From Mesorhizobium sp. SCN 65-20 (GTDB taxonomy: Bacteria; Pseudomonadota; Alphaproteobacteria; Rhizobiales; Rhizobiaceae), in the NCBI GenBank assembly GCA_001724355.1, contig MEEF01000004.1, forward strand, positions 6,121 to 70,120: a stretch of 64,000 nucleotides of DNA. The letters are read 5' to 3'. Below, one piece after another: positions 1-10,079 of the stretch. The first letter of the stretch is position 1. Each line of letters begins with the position of its first letter. The position numbers and the translations under genes were made by a program. Below the pieces are notes generated by a model. That model had not been told where the DNA came from. It saw nothing but the letters and a program-made list of their open reading frames with translations, and ran no database searches.

Positions 1-606
1 ATCGAGTTCCTGCTGACCACGTTGATCATCGTGGCCTCGCCCGGCACCGGGGCGGTCTACACGCTCGCGGCCGGGCTTTCGCGCGGCGGCAAGGCAAGCG
101 TACTCGCAGCCTTCGCCTGTACCCTGGGCGTCGTGCCGCATCTGATTGCGGCGCTGACCGGGCTGGCCGCGCTGCTGCATACCAGCGCGCTCGCCTTCGA
201 GATCGTCAAATATGCCGGTGTCGCCTATCTGCTCTACATGGCCTGGCAGAGCCTGCGCGAGAACGGCGCGCTCAAGATCGACGACCGCCCCGACGCGCGC
301 AGTGCCCGCCAGGTGCTGGTCGATGGCGTGCTGATCAACCTGCTCAACCCGAAGCTGTCGATCTTCTTCGTCGCCTTCCTGCCGCAGTTCATCGCGCCGG
401 GCGAACCCAACGTGCTTTGGCGGATGCTGGAGCTTTCCGGCGTGTTCATGTTGGCGACCTTCGTGATCTTCGCCATCTATGGCCTGTGCGCGGCCGCGGT
501 GCGCGACAAGGTGACGGGCAGCCCGCGGGTCATGGCCTGGATGCGCCGCACCTTTGCAGCCGCATTCGTGGCGCTCGGCGCCAAGCTCGCGTTTACCGAG
601 CGCTGA
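1..606 (+). CDS. LysE family translocator (5' end outside window)
   Basis: SPG motif, hydrophobic helices, NLLNPK motif; frame is open from base 1. Confidence 0.9.
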   Translation: MEFLLTTLIIVASPGTGAVYTLAAGLSRGGKASVLAAFACTLGVVPHLIAALTGLAALLHTSALAFEIVKYAGVAYLLYMAWQSLRENGALKIDDRPDARSARQVLVDGVLINLLNPKLSIFFVAFLPQFIAPGEPNVLWRMLELSGVFMLATFVIFAIYGLCAAAVRDKVTGSPRVMAWMRRTFAAAFVALGAKLAFTER

Positions 607-745
607 GGGGGCGAACACACTTCCTGTCCTTGCCGACGAACAGGCAGGGGAGGATACTCCCCCGGTCGGATGCATTTGAGGGCGTTGACCCGGATGCCCG
701 CCCCGGCATTGTGCCGTGCTCCGTGGCACCGGAGGGAGGTGTGTC

Positions 746-1039
746 GTGACCACGTACATCGTGCTGATCAACTGGACGGACCAGGGAATACGCGACGTCA
801 AGTCGTCGCCGAAGCGGCTCGACGCGGCCAAGAAACTGCTCAGCGACATGGGTGGATCGTTCAAGGCATTCTATCTGACCATGGGCGAGTTCGACATGGT
901 GGCGGTGGCCGAAGCGCCCGACGACGCGGTGGTGGCGCGCTTCGCCCTGATCCTCGGCCAGGCCGGCAACATCCGGACCCGGACGCTGAAGGCGTTCCCG
1001 GAGCTTGCCTACAGGGAGATAGTCGCCTCGCTTGGTTAG
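746..1039 (+). CDS. GYD domain-containing protein
   Basis: TTYIVLINWTDQG...FYLTMGEFD pattern; GGAGG RBS before GTG at 746. Confidence 0.85.
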   Translation: MTTYIVLINWTDQGIRDVKSSPKRLDAAKKLLSDMGGSFKAFYLTMGEFDMVAVAEAPDDAVVARFALILGQAGNIRTRTLKAFPELAYREIVASLG

Positions 1040-1153
1040 GCGCGAGCAGCGGCGCGCCTGCCTGGCACGCGGCGCGCCATGCGGTGGAATCCAAACGTCT
1101 CGACGGCGTCAGGCGAAGCGAATAAGGTCCGGAAATACAACGGGAAACATGAC

Positions 1154-1441
1154 ATGTCGTTTTTGAAGAGGTTGTTCGGCGGTGGCGGCGGGGGCGACGC
1201 CCAGGCGCCGGCGGCGGCCAAGGAGATCGAGTACAAGGGCTTTGCCATCAAGGCGACGCCCTACAAGGAAGGCGGCCAGTTCCAGACCTGCGGCGTGGTT
1301 TCCAAGGAAGTCGATGGTGTCGTGAAGGAACACAAGTTCATCCGCGCCGACCGCTTCTCGACGCTCGATGACGCGGTCGAGGTGTCGCTGACCAAGGGGC
1401 GCCAACTCGTGGACGAACAAGGCGAGCGCATGTTCGGCTGA
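1154..1441 (+). CDS. HlyU family (alphaproteobacterial) protein
   Basis: MSFLKRLFGG...EYKGF.IKATP...HKFIRAD pattern. Confidence 0.8.
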   Translation: MSFLKRLFGGGGGGDAQAPAAAKEIEYKGFAIKATPYKEGGQFQTCGVVSKEVDGVVKEHKFIRADRFSTLDDAVEVSLTKGRQLVDEQGERMFG

Positions 1442-1468
1442 CCCCGTCCGCGCACATTTTGATCGATC

Positions 1469-1497
1469 GCCCGGCCCTTGCGCCGGGCTTTTCTGTT
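1469..1497 (+). terminator. Intrinsic terminator after the hlyU-like gene
   Basis: GCCCGGC-ccttgc-GCCGGGC followed by TTTTCTGTT. Confidence 0.7.
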
Positions 1498-2100
1498 TCA
1501 AGTGAGCCGCGCCAACATCAAGCCGTCGATCAACGCGGTGATGACCTCCATCTGCTCGGCCAGTGGCGAGCCGGCATCGACTGCGAGCGCGGCGCGGTCG
1601 AAGGCCGCGGCGAGCTGGCTGGTCAGGGCGGCCAGGGGCAACTTGTGGATCGCACCGGCGCGCATGGCGATCGCCAGCCCCTCGCGCAGGGTGCGCGTGC
1701 CGTGGCGGGCGTCGATCTCGTCCATGCCAGCGCGACCGAGGACCGCCGGTCCGTCGAGCAGCAGGAGCCTGGTGCGGCCGGGCGCCTGCATCGCCTCGAG
1801 ATAGGCCTTGCTGCCGGCGACGAGGGCTGCGCGTGCATCCATGTCGTCGGGCGCGGCATGCTCGATCTCCGTCGCAACTGTCGCCGCTTCTTCCTCCGCC
1901 ACTGCGCGGAACAGCGCCTGCTTGTCGGCGAAGTGATGGTAGAGCGCGCCGCGCGTCACGCCGGCGGCGGCCACGATCTCCGGCGTGCTCGTCTCGGCAT
2001 AGGATTTTTCGGAGAACAGCCTTCGCGCCGCAGCGATCAGCTGGGCGCGGGTCGCTTCGGTTCGATCGCGGTTTGAGCGCCGTCCGGCCGTCTCTTGCAT
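1498..2100 (-). CDS. TetR/AcrR family transcriptional regulator
   Basis: HTH IVAAAGVTRGALYHHFADK. Confidence 0.92.
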   Translation of the reverse strand: MQETAGRRSNRDRTEATRAQLIAAARRLFSEKSYAETSTPEIVAAAGVTRGALYHHFADKQALFRAVAEEEAATVATEIEHAAPDDMDARAALVAGSKAYLEAMQAPGRTRLLLLDGPAVLGRAGMDEIDARHGTRTLREGLAIAMRAGAIHKLPLAALTSQLAAAFDRAALAVDAGSPLAEQMEVITALIDGLMLARLT

Positions 2101-2145
2101 ACATGCAGCCTGTATGTTAGGGAATCTTACGTGCAGACTGTATGT
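2101..2145. promoter_or_regulatory. Two tandem TetR-type operators
   Basis: ACATGCAG-c-CTGTATGT (2101-2117) and ACGTGCAG-a-CTGTATGT (2129-2145), imperfect palindromes between divergent tetR and VOC genes. Confidence 0.75.
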
Positions 2146-2168
2146 TTTTTTAGAGGAGAAGGAAAGCC

Positions 2169-2594
2169 ATGAAGACGACGAGCTACTATCCCGTGATCAT
2201 GACCGGCGACGTTGCCGGCACCGCGGCCTTCTACATCGAGCATTTCCGTTTCGAGTCGTTGTTCGACAGCGGCTGGTACGTCCATCTGCGCTCGACCGAG
2301 GACAAGCGGGTCAATCTCGCCATCGTCGACGGCGACCATGAGACCATCCCGGAACAGGGCAGGGGTCGCGCGGCCGGCCTGTTGATCAACTTCGAGGTCA
2401 ATGACGTGGATGCGGTGCACGAGCGCCTCGTTGCCGCCGGTCTGCCCATCCTGCGCTCGCTGCGCGACGAAGCCTTCGGCCAGCGCCACTTCATCGTCGG
2501 CGATCCCAACGGCGTGCTGATCGACGTCATCAAGCCGATCCCGCCGACTGGGGAGTTCGTGGCTCTCTACTCACCCGACGTGGTGCCGGCGTAA
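2169..2594 (+). CDS. VOC/glyoxalase family protein
   Basis: FEVNDVDA...[18 protein letters not shown]; RBS GAGGAG. Confidence 0.9.
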   Translation: MKTTSYYPVIMTGDVAGTAAFYIEHFRFESLFDSGWYVHLRSTEDKRVNLAIVDGDHETIPEQGRGRAAGLLINFEVNDVDAVHERLVAAGLPILRSLRDEAFGQRHFIVGDPNGVLIDVIKPIPPTGEFVALYSPDVVPA

Positions 2595-2618
2595 CCAGCC
2601 ATCGGTGGGGCCAGTTCG

Positions 2619-2903
2619 TCAGCTGGCCCCGCACGGGCTTTCGGCGAACGGGACGCCGTTGATGACGCCGTAGCAGCTCTCGACCCCGTCGACGTCGATG
2701 ATCTCGACCCAATCGCCGTCGCCGGCATTTGCCCGCTTGATCTTGGCATTGCGCGAAACGAACTTCCGCACCGGAGCGCCGTCGATGGCGGCGTTGCCCG
2801 AAAGTCGCGCAACGATCATCGCAGTTTCGGCCAGCCGGCTCCGGATCTCTTCGGAAAGCCTGACGAGCCTTTGCATATCGGAAGCGATTTCAGAGTTGCT
2901 CAT
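2619..2903 (-). CDS. Small hypothetical protein (94 aa)
   Basis: GGGAG RBS before ATG at 2903; protein-like composition; no family recognised. Confidence 0.55.
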   Translation of the reverse strand: MSNSEIASDMQRLVRLSEEIRSRLAETAMIVARLSGNAAIDGAPVRKFVSRNAKIKRANAGDGDWVEIIDVDGVESCYGVINGVPFAESPCGAS

Positions 2904-3164
2904 TCGTCCACTCCCTATCCGTTCGGTTGCGCGTGGAGCGCAAAGAGTGCAGGACCAGCAACGGTATCGCCTGGCGTGCGGCAACCGCCAGATCATCGTT
3001 CGATCTAGCACCAAGAGGCCGGCCGCCGATGGCGTTGGCAGCGGGGCTGGCAATCCTGAACTGCTACCCTGGGAGCGGTCGCGCAGCTCCCAGTGGGAAA
3101 AAACGAATCCAACCATAGGGTTGGCCGGCGCGGCTGAGAAACAGAATCCGCGCCGGCGAAAGCG

Positions 3165-3701
3165 TCAGAGGCTCGGGCCGTCGTCGACGGCGGCCTTCTT
3201 GCCACCCTTGGCCAGTCCGGTAATGCGGTCGATATAGGCGAGCATCAGCGCCGAAACCACGAAGGTCAGGTGGATGATCGTGAGCCACATCAACTGGTCG
3301 GTCGTGTACTGCTGGTTGTTGAGGAAGACCTGCAGCAGGTGGATCGAGGAGATCGCGACGATGGTCGAGGCGACCTTGACCTTGAGCGAGCCGACATCGA
3401 TGGTGCCGAGCCAGTGGATCTCGCCGTCATGGTTGTCGAAGCGGCTGACGAAGTTCTCGTAGCCCGAGATGATCACCATCACCACAAGCGAGGCGATGAG
3501 TGCTGCATCGATCAGGCCGAGGATCTTCAGGATCGTGTCGGTATCATCCAGTATCATCACCTTCATGATGAAGTCGTAGAGCTTCCTCATGAAAGACAGT
3601 GCGTAGATGCCGAGTGCAAGGCCGAGGCCCAGGTAGAAGAATACCAGCAGCCAGCGTGAGCCGAGCACAATGGATTCAATGGCGAGTTCGAGGCGTTTCA
3701 T
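3165..3701 (-). CDS. UPF0114/YqhA (TIGR00645) membrane protein
   Basis: SRWLL...SGYENFVS...LKVKVASTIVAISSIHLL. Confidence 0.88.
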   Translation of the reverse strand: MKRLELAIESIVLGSRWLLVFFYLGLGLALGIYALSFMRKLYDFIMKVMILDDTDTILKILGLIDAALIASLVVMVIISGYENFVSRFDNHDGEIHWLGTIDVGSLKVKVASTIVAISSIHLLQVFLNNQQYTTDQLMWLTIIHLTFVVSALMLAYIDRITGLAKGGKKAAVDDGPSL

Positions 3702-3927
3702 GAGACGTCCGAGTTCCATTTTACAATTTCGAGCTGAGAGCCGAAGCAATGCAACAGGCTTTTGGATAAAACAAGGCCCGGCCGCTGGAGGGGGAAAATC
3801 GGCCGGGCCTGTGTCTCCCGTTATTCCGGAGACGGACGGGGCAGGGAACCACGTCACCTTAAAGGTGGCATCCAAATCCAGCGATTCAATGGCGAAAGCG
3901 GGGTAATCGAAGGGTTACCAATGAAGG

Positions 3928-3959
3928 GCTTCGCCCCGCTCGCTGGCGGACGGGGCGAG
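3928..3959. terminator. Hairpin downstream of the ompA-family gene
   Basis: TCGCCCCG...CGGGGCGA stem; no clear U tract. Confidence 0.4.
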
Positions 3960-3965
3960 TAAACC

Positions 3966-6146
3966 TCAGTCGGCGCTGGCGACCGGCGCCACCAGCGGCG
4001 TGATGCGGCGGATGGCGACGCGGCGGTTCTCGCGCTCGCGCACCTGGGTCTTCACCTTCAGGTAGCGCTCGCCGTAGCCTTGCGTCGACAGGTTCTCCGG
4101 TGGGATGCCGAACACGTTGGTGAGCGCGTCGGCGACCGCCTCGGCACGCCGGTCGGAGAGCGCGAGGTTGGCGACGTCAGAACCCACCGCGTCGGTGTGG
4201 CCTTCGATCAGGAAGGTCTCGGCCGGGTTCTTCTGGAGCAGGCGATCCATGGCGTTGGCCACCCCCTCGAGCTTTTCGACCTCGCTTTCGCCAATCGACG
4301 CCGAGCCGAACTCGAAGTTCAGCGTATCGAGGTCGATGCGGCGGGCGATGTCGCGCACGCGCGCCGAACGCTTGACCTCGTCGACCGAATAGAGGCGCTT
4401 GACGCGCTCCACCGGTGGCTGCTCGAGGAAGTCGTAGTAAGCATCCGGATCTTCAGCATATTCGGCTTCCAGTATGTACTGGTTGCGCGGGATGTGGAGT
4501 TGCAGAGGCGGCAGGTCGTAGCCCGGATCGCGCCACTCCCCGACCTCCTCATAGTAGCGGTCGTCGACATAGCTCAGCACATATTCGCGCCCGTCCGGCG
4601 TGATGCGCGACCTGTGCACGATGTCGCCGTAGCGGTTGCGCACGGTGATGACCTGGTTGCCGTTGTCGCGCAGGATCACCTCGCGCGTGCGGCCGCCCGG
4701 GAGTTCCTCGTAGTAGACGTCCTGGGCGTTGCGGGTGAGGCGCGGCCGGTCGTTGCTCTCGACGAAGATCTGGTTGTTGACCTCGATGATCACGCGGTCG
4801 CCGATCTCGCGTACGAACTCGGTGCCCTGAGGCCGCGGACGCTGGCGAAGGTCGACGACGGGTGCGCGCTCGAGCCGGGTGCCACGCTCTGCCGTCACCG
4901 GCTTGATCTCGAGAGGCCGTGCGGCCTCCTGCGCCGTCCGGTCGTCGACCGGCGGCGGCCCGAGATCTACCGGGGCCGGCTGCTCGCGGACAGCCTGCTG
5001 TCCCTCGGACGGTACCTGTGCTGGGCGAGCCTGCCCGGCCGGTTGCTCCCCTGCAGGGGGCGGGGCGACGGCCTCGCTGGGCGCGGGCGTCTCCTTCTGG
5101 CTGTCCAGGATGGGGGCCTCGTTCGGGTTTGCCGGAGCTTCACCTTGCTGGACAGGCTGCTCCGCCTGCGGCGCAGGCTGCCCCGCCTGTTCTGGCTGCT
5201 GCTCGGTCGGGAGCGGCTGCTCGGCAGGCTGCTGTGCCTGCTCAGGCGTCGGCTCGGCGGGGCGCTCGGCCTGCTCGGCCGGACGTTCGGCCGGTTGCGG
5301 CTCGACAACCGGGGCGGCTTCTTTCGGAGCTTGCTCCTGTGGCTGGTGGGCTTCCTCGGTCTGGCGTTTCTTGCGGCGTGGCTCGGGTTCTTCGGCCTGC
5401 TGCTGCGGCTCGGGGGCAACCTGCTCGGCCTGCGGCTGTTCGGGCTGCTGGGCTTCCTCGGCCTGTCGCTGCTTCTTACGGCGCGGCGCCGGCTCCTCAG
5501 CTTGCTGCTGCGGCTCGGGGGCTGCTTCAGCGGCCGGCTGTTCCTGTTGCTGTTGAGCCTCCTCGGCCTGGCGCTGCTTCTTGCGGCGCGGCGCCGGCTC
5601 TTCGGCCTGCTGCTCAGGCTGGGGAGCAACCTCTACGGCCGGCTGCTCCTGTTGCTGTTGAGCCTCCTCCGCCTGTCGCTGTTTCTTGCGGCGCGGCGCC
5701 GGCTCCTCGGCCTGCTGCTCGGGCTGCGGAGCAACCTCTACGGCCGGCTGCTCCTGCTGCTGCTGGGCCTCCTCCGCCTGTCGCTGCTTCTTGCGGCGCG
5801 GCGCCTCTTCCTCGAGCTGCTGCTCGGGCTGGGGCGCAACCTCTACGGCCGGCTGCTCCTGTTGCTGCTGGGCTTCTTCTGCCTCGCGCTGCTTCTTGCG
5901 GCGCGGTTCCGGCTCTTCCGCCTGCTGTTCGGGCTGGGGCTGTTCGGCCTGTGGCTGCTGTTCTCCTCCCAGGCGCGCGGCGCAGGATTCCGCGGATTCG
6001 CCTTCCTGGCACTCGGCCTGCACGCGAATCAGGGGCAGCCGCGCATCGGATGCCGACGCCTCGATCATGGGCATCGCCGCGAGCGGCGCGGACGCCATGA
6101 ACAGGCCTATCGACGTGCCTGCAAGGATCCGTGGTTGGCGTTTCAT
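3966..6146 (-). CDS. OmpA-family peptidoglycan-binding protein with long Q/E/P-rich repeat region
   Basis: Signal peptide; C-terminal FEFGSA...IEGHTD...NLALSDRRA...GYGE...NRRV. Confidence 0.9.
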   Translation of the reverse strand: MKRQPRILAGTSIGLFMASAPLAAMPMIEASASDARLPLIRVQAECQEGESAESCAARLGGEQQPQAEQPQPEQQAEEPEPRRKKQREAEEAQQQQEQPAVEVAPQPEQQLEEEAPRRKKQRQAEEAQQQQEQPAVEVAPQPEQQAEEPAPRRKKQRQAEEAQQQQEQPAVEVAPQPEQQAEEPAPRRKKQRQAEEAQQQQEQPAAEAAPEPQQQAEEPAPRRKKQRQAEEAQQPEQPQAEQVAPEPQQQAEEPEPRRKKRQTEEAHQPQEQAPKEAAPVVEPQPAERPAEQAERPAEPTPEQAQQPAEQPLPTEQQPEQAGQPAPQAEQPVQQGEAPANPNEAPILDSQKETPAPSEAVAPPPAGEQPAGQARPAQVPSEGQQAVREQPAPVDLGPPPVDDRTAQEAARPLEIKPVTAERGTRLERAPVVDLRQRPRPQGTEFVREIGDRVIIEVNNQIFVESNDRPRLTRNAQDVYYEELPGGRTREVILRDNGNQVITVRNRYGDIVHRSRITPDGREYVLSYVDDRYYEEVGEWRDPGYDLPPLQLHIPRNQYILEAEYAEDPDAYYDFLEQPPVERVKRLYSVDEVKRSARVRDIARRIDLDTLNFEFGSASIGESEVEKLEGVANAMDRLLQKNPAETFLIEGHTDAVGSDVANLALSDRRAEAVADALTNVFGIPPENLSTQGYGERYLKVKTQVRERENRRVAIRRITPLVAPVASAD
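5330..5940 (-). repeat. Six copies of a 105-bp (35-aa) tandem repeat inside the OmpA-family gene
   Basis: TTCTT(G/A)CGGCG(C/T)GG recurs about every 105 bp; unit [35 protein letters not shown]. Confidence 0.9.
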
Positions 6147-6185
6147 CGTTGGAATTCTCCTAAATTCTCGTCCCGTCCCCGCCCA

Positions 6186-6210
6186 AACCTGCCGAACGGC
6201 TTATGGTTCC
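6186..6210 (-). promoter_or_regulatory. Candidate EcfG (general stress ECF sigma) promoter
   Basis: Minus strand GGAAC-N17-GTT about 40 bp upstream of the ompA-family start. Confidence 0.5.
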
Positions 6211-6336
6211 GTTCCGGCGAGTCGCATTGGTTCCCGGCTTTTGCCCGTCAGCAACGTGGCAATATCGTGGTTTCCGCCGCTTGGCGACGGGTGCTGCGGC
6301 TTGACGGCGCGTCCCGCACGCGCCAAATGCCTCGCC

Positions 6337-6783
6337 ATGGAAGAGCCCTTCTGGAAGACGACGCTGCTTGAGGAAATGACCGCTGCGCAGTGGGAATCGC
6401 TGTGCGACGGCTGCGGCAAATGCTGTCTGTCCAAGCTCGAGGACGAGGACACTGGCGACATCTACTGGACGAGCGTCGGCTGCCGCCTGTTCGATGGCGC
6501 GTCCTGCCGTTGCACGGACTATGCGAACCGGCTCGAGCGCGTTCCCGATTGCGTCGGGCTGACGCCCGAGAACGTGCGTACGATCCGGTGGCTGCCGAGC
6601 ACCTGCGCCTACCGGCTGGTGGCCGAGGGACACGATCTTTATTGGTGGCACCACCTCGTCTCGGGCAGCCGCGAGACGGTGCACGAGGCAGGGGTTTCGG
6701 TGCGCGGCAGGCTGACCGCCTCGGAGCAGGACCTTGCCGAACCGGAGGACTATTTCGAGCACGTGCTCGAGGACGAGCCGTAG
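6337..6783 (+). CDS. YcgN (UPF0260) cysteine cluster protein
   Basis: [12 protein letters not shown]...[10 protein letters not shown]. Confidence 0.92.
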   Translation: MEEPFWKTTLLEEMTAAQWESLCDGCGKCCLSKLEDEDTGDIYWTSVGCRLFDGASCRCTDYANRLERVPDCVGLTPENVRTIRWLPSTCAYRLVAEGHDLYWWHHLVSGSRETVHEAGVSVRGRLTASEQDLAEPEDYFEHVLEDEP

Positions 6784-6894
6784 ACGAAATTCGGGGCGAT
6801 TCGGTCGCCCCATCACCATTCGGGCAGCAACCGGGCGGGCCGGGCAGCAACCCACCAGTCGGATATAATCGAGCAAAATCAGATCGTTATCAGA

Positions 6895-6931
6895 TGAACC
6901 GAAGATGAACGAAAGGTTCGAGATCGGTTCA
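6895..6931. promoter_or_regulatory. Palindromic / 11-bp-periodic regulator site
   Basis: TGAACCGA-agat-GAAC-gaaag-GTTC-gaga-TCGGTTCA upstream of the 7000 gene. Confidence 0.45.
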
Positions 6932-6999
6932 GCTTGAGCTTGGCATTGTGTGCCCATCGCTCAGGCGAAGAAGATTTGAAGGCTCCCAAGGAGGTCACC

Positions 7000-7383
7000 A
7001 TGTTCAACAAGATCAAGATTGCCACCCTTTCGGCCCTCGTCGGCCTCGGCACGCTGGCCGCCATTCCGGCGTCCGCGCAGGAGGGTCTCTACCTCAACCT
7101 CGGACAGGGCGGCGTGTATGTTCAGGGCGGCCCGCGCTATGACGACCGCTACGACAACCGCTACGACCGCGGCCGCTATGACGACCGCCGCTACGACGAC
7201 CGCCGCTGGGACCGTCGCTGCACGCCCGACCGCGCCCTCGACAAGGCCGAGCGCATGGGCCTGCGCCGCGCCCGCATCGCCGACGTCGACCGCCGCACCA
7301 TCACGGTGAGCGGCCGCAAGTATGGCGAGCGCGTCGCCGTCACCTTCGCCCGTTCGCCGTCTTGCCCGGTCATCGGCTGGTAA
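7000..7383 (+). CDS. Small exported protein with RYDD repeats and a two-Cys C-terminal domain
   Basis: AAGGAGG RBS, signal peptide ending PASA, RYDDRYDNRYDRGRYDDRRYDD tract. Confidence 0.8.
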   Translation: MFNKIKIATLSALVGLGTLAAIPASAQEGLYLNLGQGGVYVQGGPRYDDRYDNRYDRGRYDDRRYDDRRWDRRCTPDRALDKAERMGLRRARIADVDRRTITVSGRKYGERVAVTFARSPSCPVIGW

Positions 7384-7397
7384 GCCGTTCACGGGCA

Positions 7398-7476
7398 GGC
7401 ATAAGTCCCGCCACCAAGAGGGCTTATGCCAAAAGAGAAAAACCCCGGAGGCCTGGCCTCCGGGGTTTCTTTCTTT
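7398..7476. terminator. Double hairpin / bidirectional terminator between convergent genes
   Basis: GGCATAAGTCC...GGGCTTATGCC, then A-rich AAACCCCGGAGGC-ctg-GCCTCCGGGGTTT with T-rich tail. Confidence 0.8.
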
Positions 7477-7528
7477 GCCGGCACTTCGGGGGGAGGTAGT
7501 GGCGCCGCGAGCCGCAGCGCCACTATGG

Positions 7529-8242
7529 TCAGTTCTTCATTTCGAAGGTGACGTTGACCTGCACCTTGTAGGAATTTTCGCCCGCCTCGACGGGGGCTGA
7601 ACCTGCGGCCCTGTCGAAGCTCTTGGCCTGCATGGGCATGGGCGGCGGCGCGTAGGACTGGTCGGTGATCTCGATCACCCGTCCGAGGCTGACGCCGGCC
7701 GCGGTCGCGAGCACCTTCGCCTTGTCGATGGCGTCGGCAACAGCAAGCTTGCGTGCCTCGGTGATCACTTTCGACGGGTCGTCGTTGGCGAAGGTTATCC
7801 CGCCGCCCTGGTTGACGCCGAGCGAGACGGCCTTGTCGAGGATCTCGCCGGTCTTGGCGACGTCGCGGATGCGCACCGACAGCGTGTTGATCACCTGGTA
7901 GGCGACCAGTTCGGCTTCCTGGCTGCCGTCGGGCTTGTTGGTGTAGTTGTAGCGCGGCTGGATCTGGATTCCGGCCGTCTGCAGGTCGCGGTCGGCGATT
8001 CCAGCCGTCTTCATGGCGGCGATCACGGCGGCCATCGCATCGTTGTTGGCGTCGAGGGCCTCGCGCGCGGTCTTGGCCTCGCGCATCACCGACAGCGAAA
8101 GCAGGGCCAGATCGGGCGCCGCTGCAGCCTCGCCTTCGCCGGTCACGACGATGCGCGGAGACGGCTGCGTGTCGGCGCGCGCGGCCGCCGCGGGAAGTGC
8201 TACAGCGGCTGCAAGTGCGAGCGCTATGTATTTGCGATTCAT
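7529..8242 (-). CDS. SIMPL (DUF541) periplasmic protein, BP26-like
   Basis: Signal peptide; IVVTGEGEA..PD.A; AVADAIDKAKVLA..AGVSLG. Confidence 0.9.
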   Translation of the reverse strand: MNRKYIALALAAAVALPAAAARADTQPSPRIVVTGEGEAAAAPDLALLSLSVMREAKTAREALDANNDAMAAVIAAMKTAGIADRDLQTAGIQIQPRYNYTNKPDGSQEAELVAYQVINTLSVRIRDVAKTGEILDKAVSLGVNQGGGITFANDDPSKVITEARKLAVADAIDKAKVLATAAGVSLGRVIEITDQSYAPPPMPMQAKSFDRAAGSAPVEAGENSYKVQVNVTFEMKN

Positions 8243-8375
8243 AATATTCTCCATTCTGGAAGGCCCTTCCGGCCTCGTCGAATAGGGGTGGATTATGGGT
8301 GGATTGCGGCGGAGCGCAAGGACAGTGAGAAGGCGGCTTGTGTCCGGCCGAAAAAGCCACTATCCAGCCCACGTG

Positions 8376-8451
8376 GGGCCTGTAGCTCAATGGTTAGAGC
8401 CGGCGGCTCATAACCGCTTGGTTGGGGGTTCGAGTCCCTCCGGGCCCACCA
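8376..8451 (+). tRNA. tRNA with CAT anticodon, most likely tRNA-Ile2 (lysidine type)
   Basis: Cloverleaf GGGCCTG...CTCATAA...GGTTCGAGTCC...CGGGCCCACCA, 76 nt; resembles ileX-type rather than initiator or elongator Met. Confidence 0.92.
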
Positions 8452-8670
8452 TTGTTATCATCGACTTTTCGGCCGGCCGGCTGCCGTTGCTGTGCGTTGG
8501 CAAATGTCATCGGCGGATTTCCGCCTATGGAGCAACTGGACCTCGCCTTAGGCCTCTTTCCTTTTCGCTGTGCGCCCCACCCATTCAGTCTGGGACAGCC
8601 TAAAAGGGGCCGCGAGCGCCGGATAGCTGCCCTGCGGAGGCAAGTAGAACTTGCCGCGGGAGGTGTCCTG

Positions 8671-9003
8671 CTAGCGACAATTTCGCCTTCTTGCAGCATC
8701 GAGGGCAGCTTGTTGTGCTTGCAGCGTTTCGATCTTGGCCGTCCGATTGTCCTTGATCAATGCCACTGCCTTTGCGCCACCGGGTGCCCAAATGGGCACG
8801 TTCCAACTGGCTGTTTTGCCGCGGCTGATCGCAGCAGCGGAAATGTCTTGCGACGTTCTGCCGATAGCGTCGTTGAGCTGGTTGCATGACATCGACGCAT
8901 AGGCCGCCGGGTCTGTTCTCTGTGGATTGAATTGAGATGCGCACCCCAACGCCGTGCCGACGACGAGTGCGAGCGCGACCGGACGAACTGCTTTCCGTTG
9001 CAT
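8671..9003 (-). CDS. Small putative lipoprotein
   Basis: Lipobox-like ALGC, SCNQL motif, C-terminal Cys; start uncertain. Confidence 0.6.
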   Translation of the reverse strand: MQRKAVRPVALALVVGTALGCASQFNPQRTDPAAYASMSCNQLNDAIGRTSQDISAAAISRGKTASWNVPIWAPGGAKAVALIKDNRTAKIETLQAQQAALDAARRRNCR

Positions 9004-9392
9004 GGGAACACCGTAACAAGGCTGGGCGGCGATGAGAACCGGCATGCTGCTGCAGCACGCGAGGCGTTACGGAAACCGGTCTTCGGGCCCGCCCGGACGA
9101 AACCTGTCATCACCTCCCTCCGGGCAATCGAGAGATCTCGACTTCTCTAATGGATGCCAGGTCGCAGTTCGGCCTCGCGGCAAAAATTCTATGAGCAATC
9201 ATAGTGCTGATGCTTGAGGGGGGCGTCGGTATGACGATCACCGTCGACGCGATAGCGGTTGCGATGGGCGACGCCTTTGGCGATAATCCAAGACGTTCCT
9301 TTGGCAAAATTGCAAAAGGGCGTCGATTGCCGGGCCCGATTCTTGATATCGTTCGAGGCATCATAGCGTCCATCAATGTCGAAGTGGTGTGA

Positions 9393-10079
9393 ATGAACAC
9401 CGCAATTCAGACCTTTCTACTGGTGTTCGCGTCGATCTTTCCTGTGGTCAATCCTCCGGGATCGGCGCTGGTCTTCCTAGGCCTGACCACCGGTGCCGCA
9501 CCGGGAATACGTCGCATTCTGGCGCGACGCATCGCGATCAATTCCTTTTTCGTGTTGGTGTGCGCCTTCCTCCTCGGTGCCCTGGTCTTGAAATTCTACG
9601 GTATCTCTATCCCGATCCTTCGCGTTGCTGGAGGGTTCATTGTGGCGGTCGCCGGATGGAAGCTTCTCAACGAAGGCAGTCAAAAGGAACTCGATATACC
9701 AGCGGATAGCGTATCCAAGGAAAGCCCTTTGTTGGATCAGGCGTTCTATCCGCTAACCCTGCCACTAACCACGGGTCCGGGGAGCATCGCAGTGGTTATC
9801 AGTATCGCCCTGTCCAGAGCGACATTCGCCGATCCCAGACAGGAGCTTCTCTTTGTCATCGCAAGCCTCGCGGCGATTGCCGTCATTGTCGTGTGCATAT
9901 GGTTTTGCTTTGCTTATGCGGAGCGCCTTCAGAACATGCTTGGCAAAGGAGGCACGGATATCGCAACGCGACTGTCCGCTTTCATCCTGTTCTGTCTCGG
10001 GCTACAGATCCTTTGGTCGGGTGGAAATGAGCTCCTGAGGTCCGTTTTCAGTCCGGGTTCGGTCCCGTCGTTGCCGTAG
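9393..10079 (+). CDS. MarC family integral membrane protein
   Basis: VNPPG; RVAGG; PLTLPLTTGPGSI. Confidence 0.9.
   Translation: MNTAIQTFLLVFASIFPVVNPPGSALVFLGLTTGAAPGIRRILARRIAINSFFVLVCAFLLGALVLKFYGISIPILRVAGGFIVAVAGWKLLNEGSQKELDIPADSVSKESPLLDQAFYPLTLPLTTGPGSIAVVISIALSRATFADPRQELLFVIASLAAIAVIVVCIWFCFAYAERLQNMLGKGGTDIATRLSAFILFCLGLQILWSGGNELLRSVFSPGSVPSLP

Noticed and set aside
5330-5940. Regular repeats as a possible CRISPR array
   Set aside because: Units are contiguous, in-frame and coding, with no unique spacers and no cas genes
4080-6371. 763-aa plus-strand ORF with Leu/Arg repeats, and other frames over the ompA repeats
   Set aside because: Antisense or alternative-frame translation of the Q/E/P repeats
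8376-8451. tRNA-Met call from the CAT anticodon
   Set aside because: Lacks initiator features (no C1:A72 mismatch, no three consecutive G-C pairs in the anticodon stem) and resembles ileX-type tRNA
8757-9392. Short ORFs 8757-9113 (-) and 9204-9392 (+)
   Set aside because: No recognisable motifs; 8757-9113 overlaps the lipoprotein gene in another frame; may be decayed sequence
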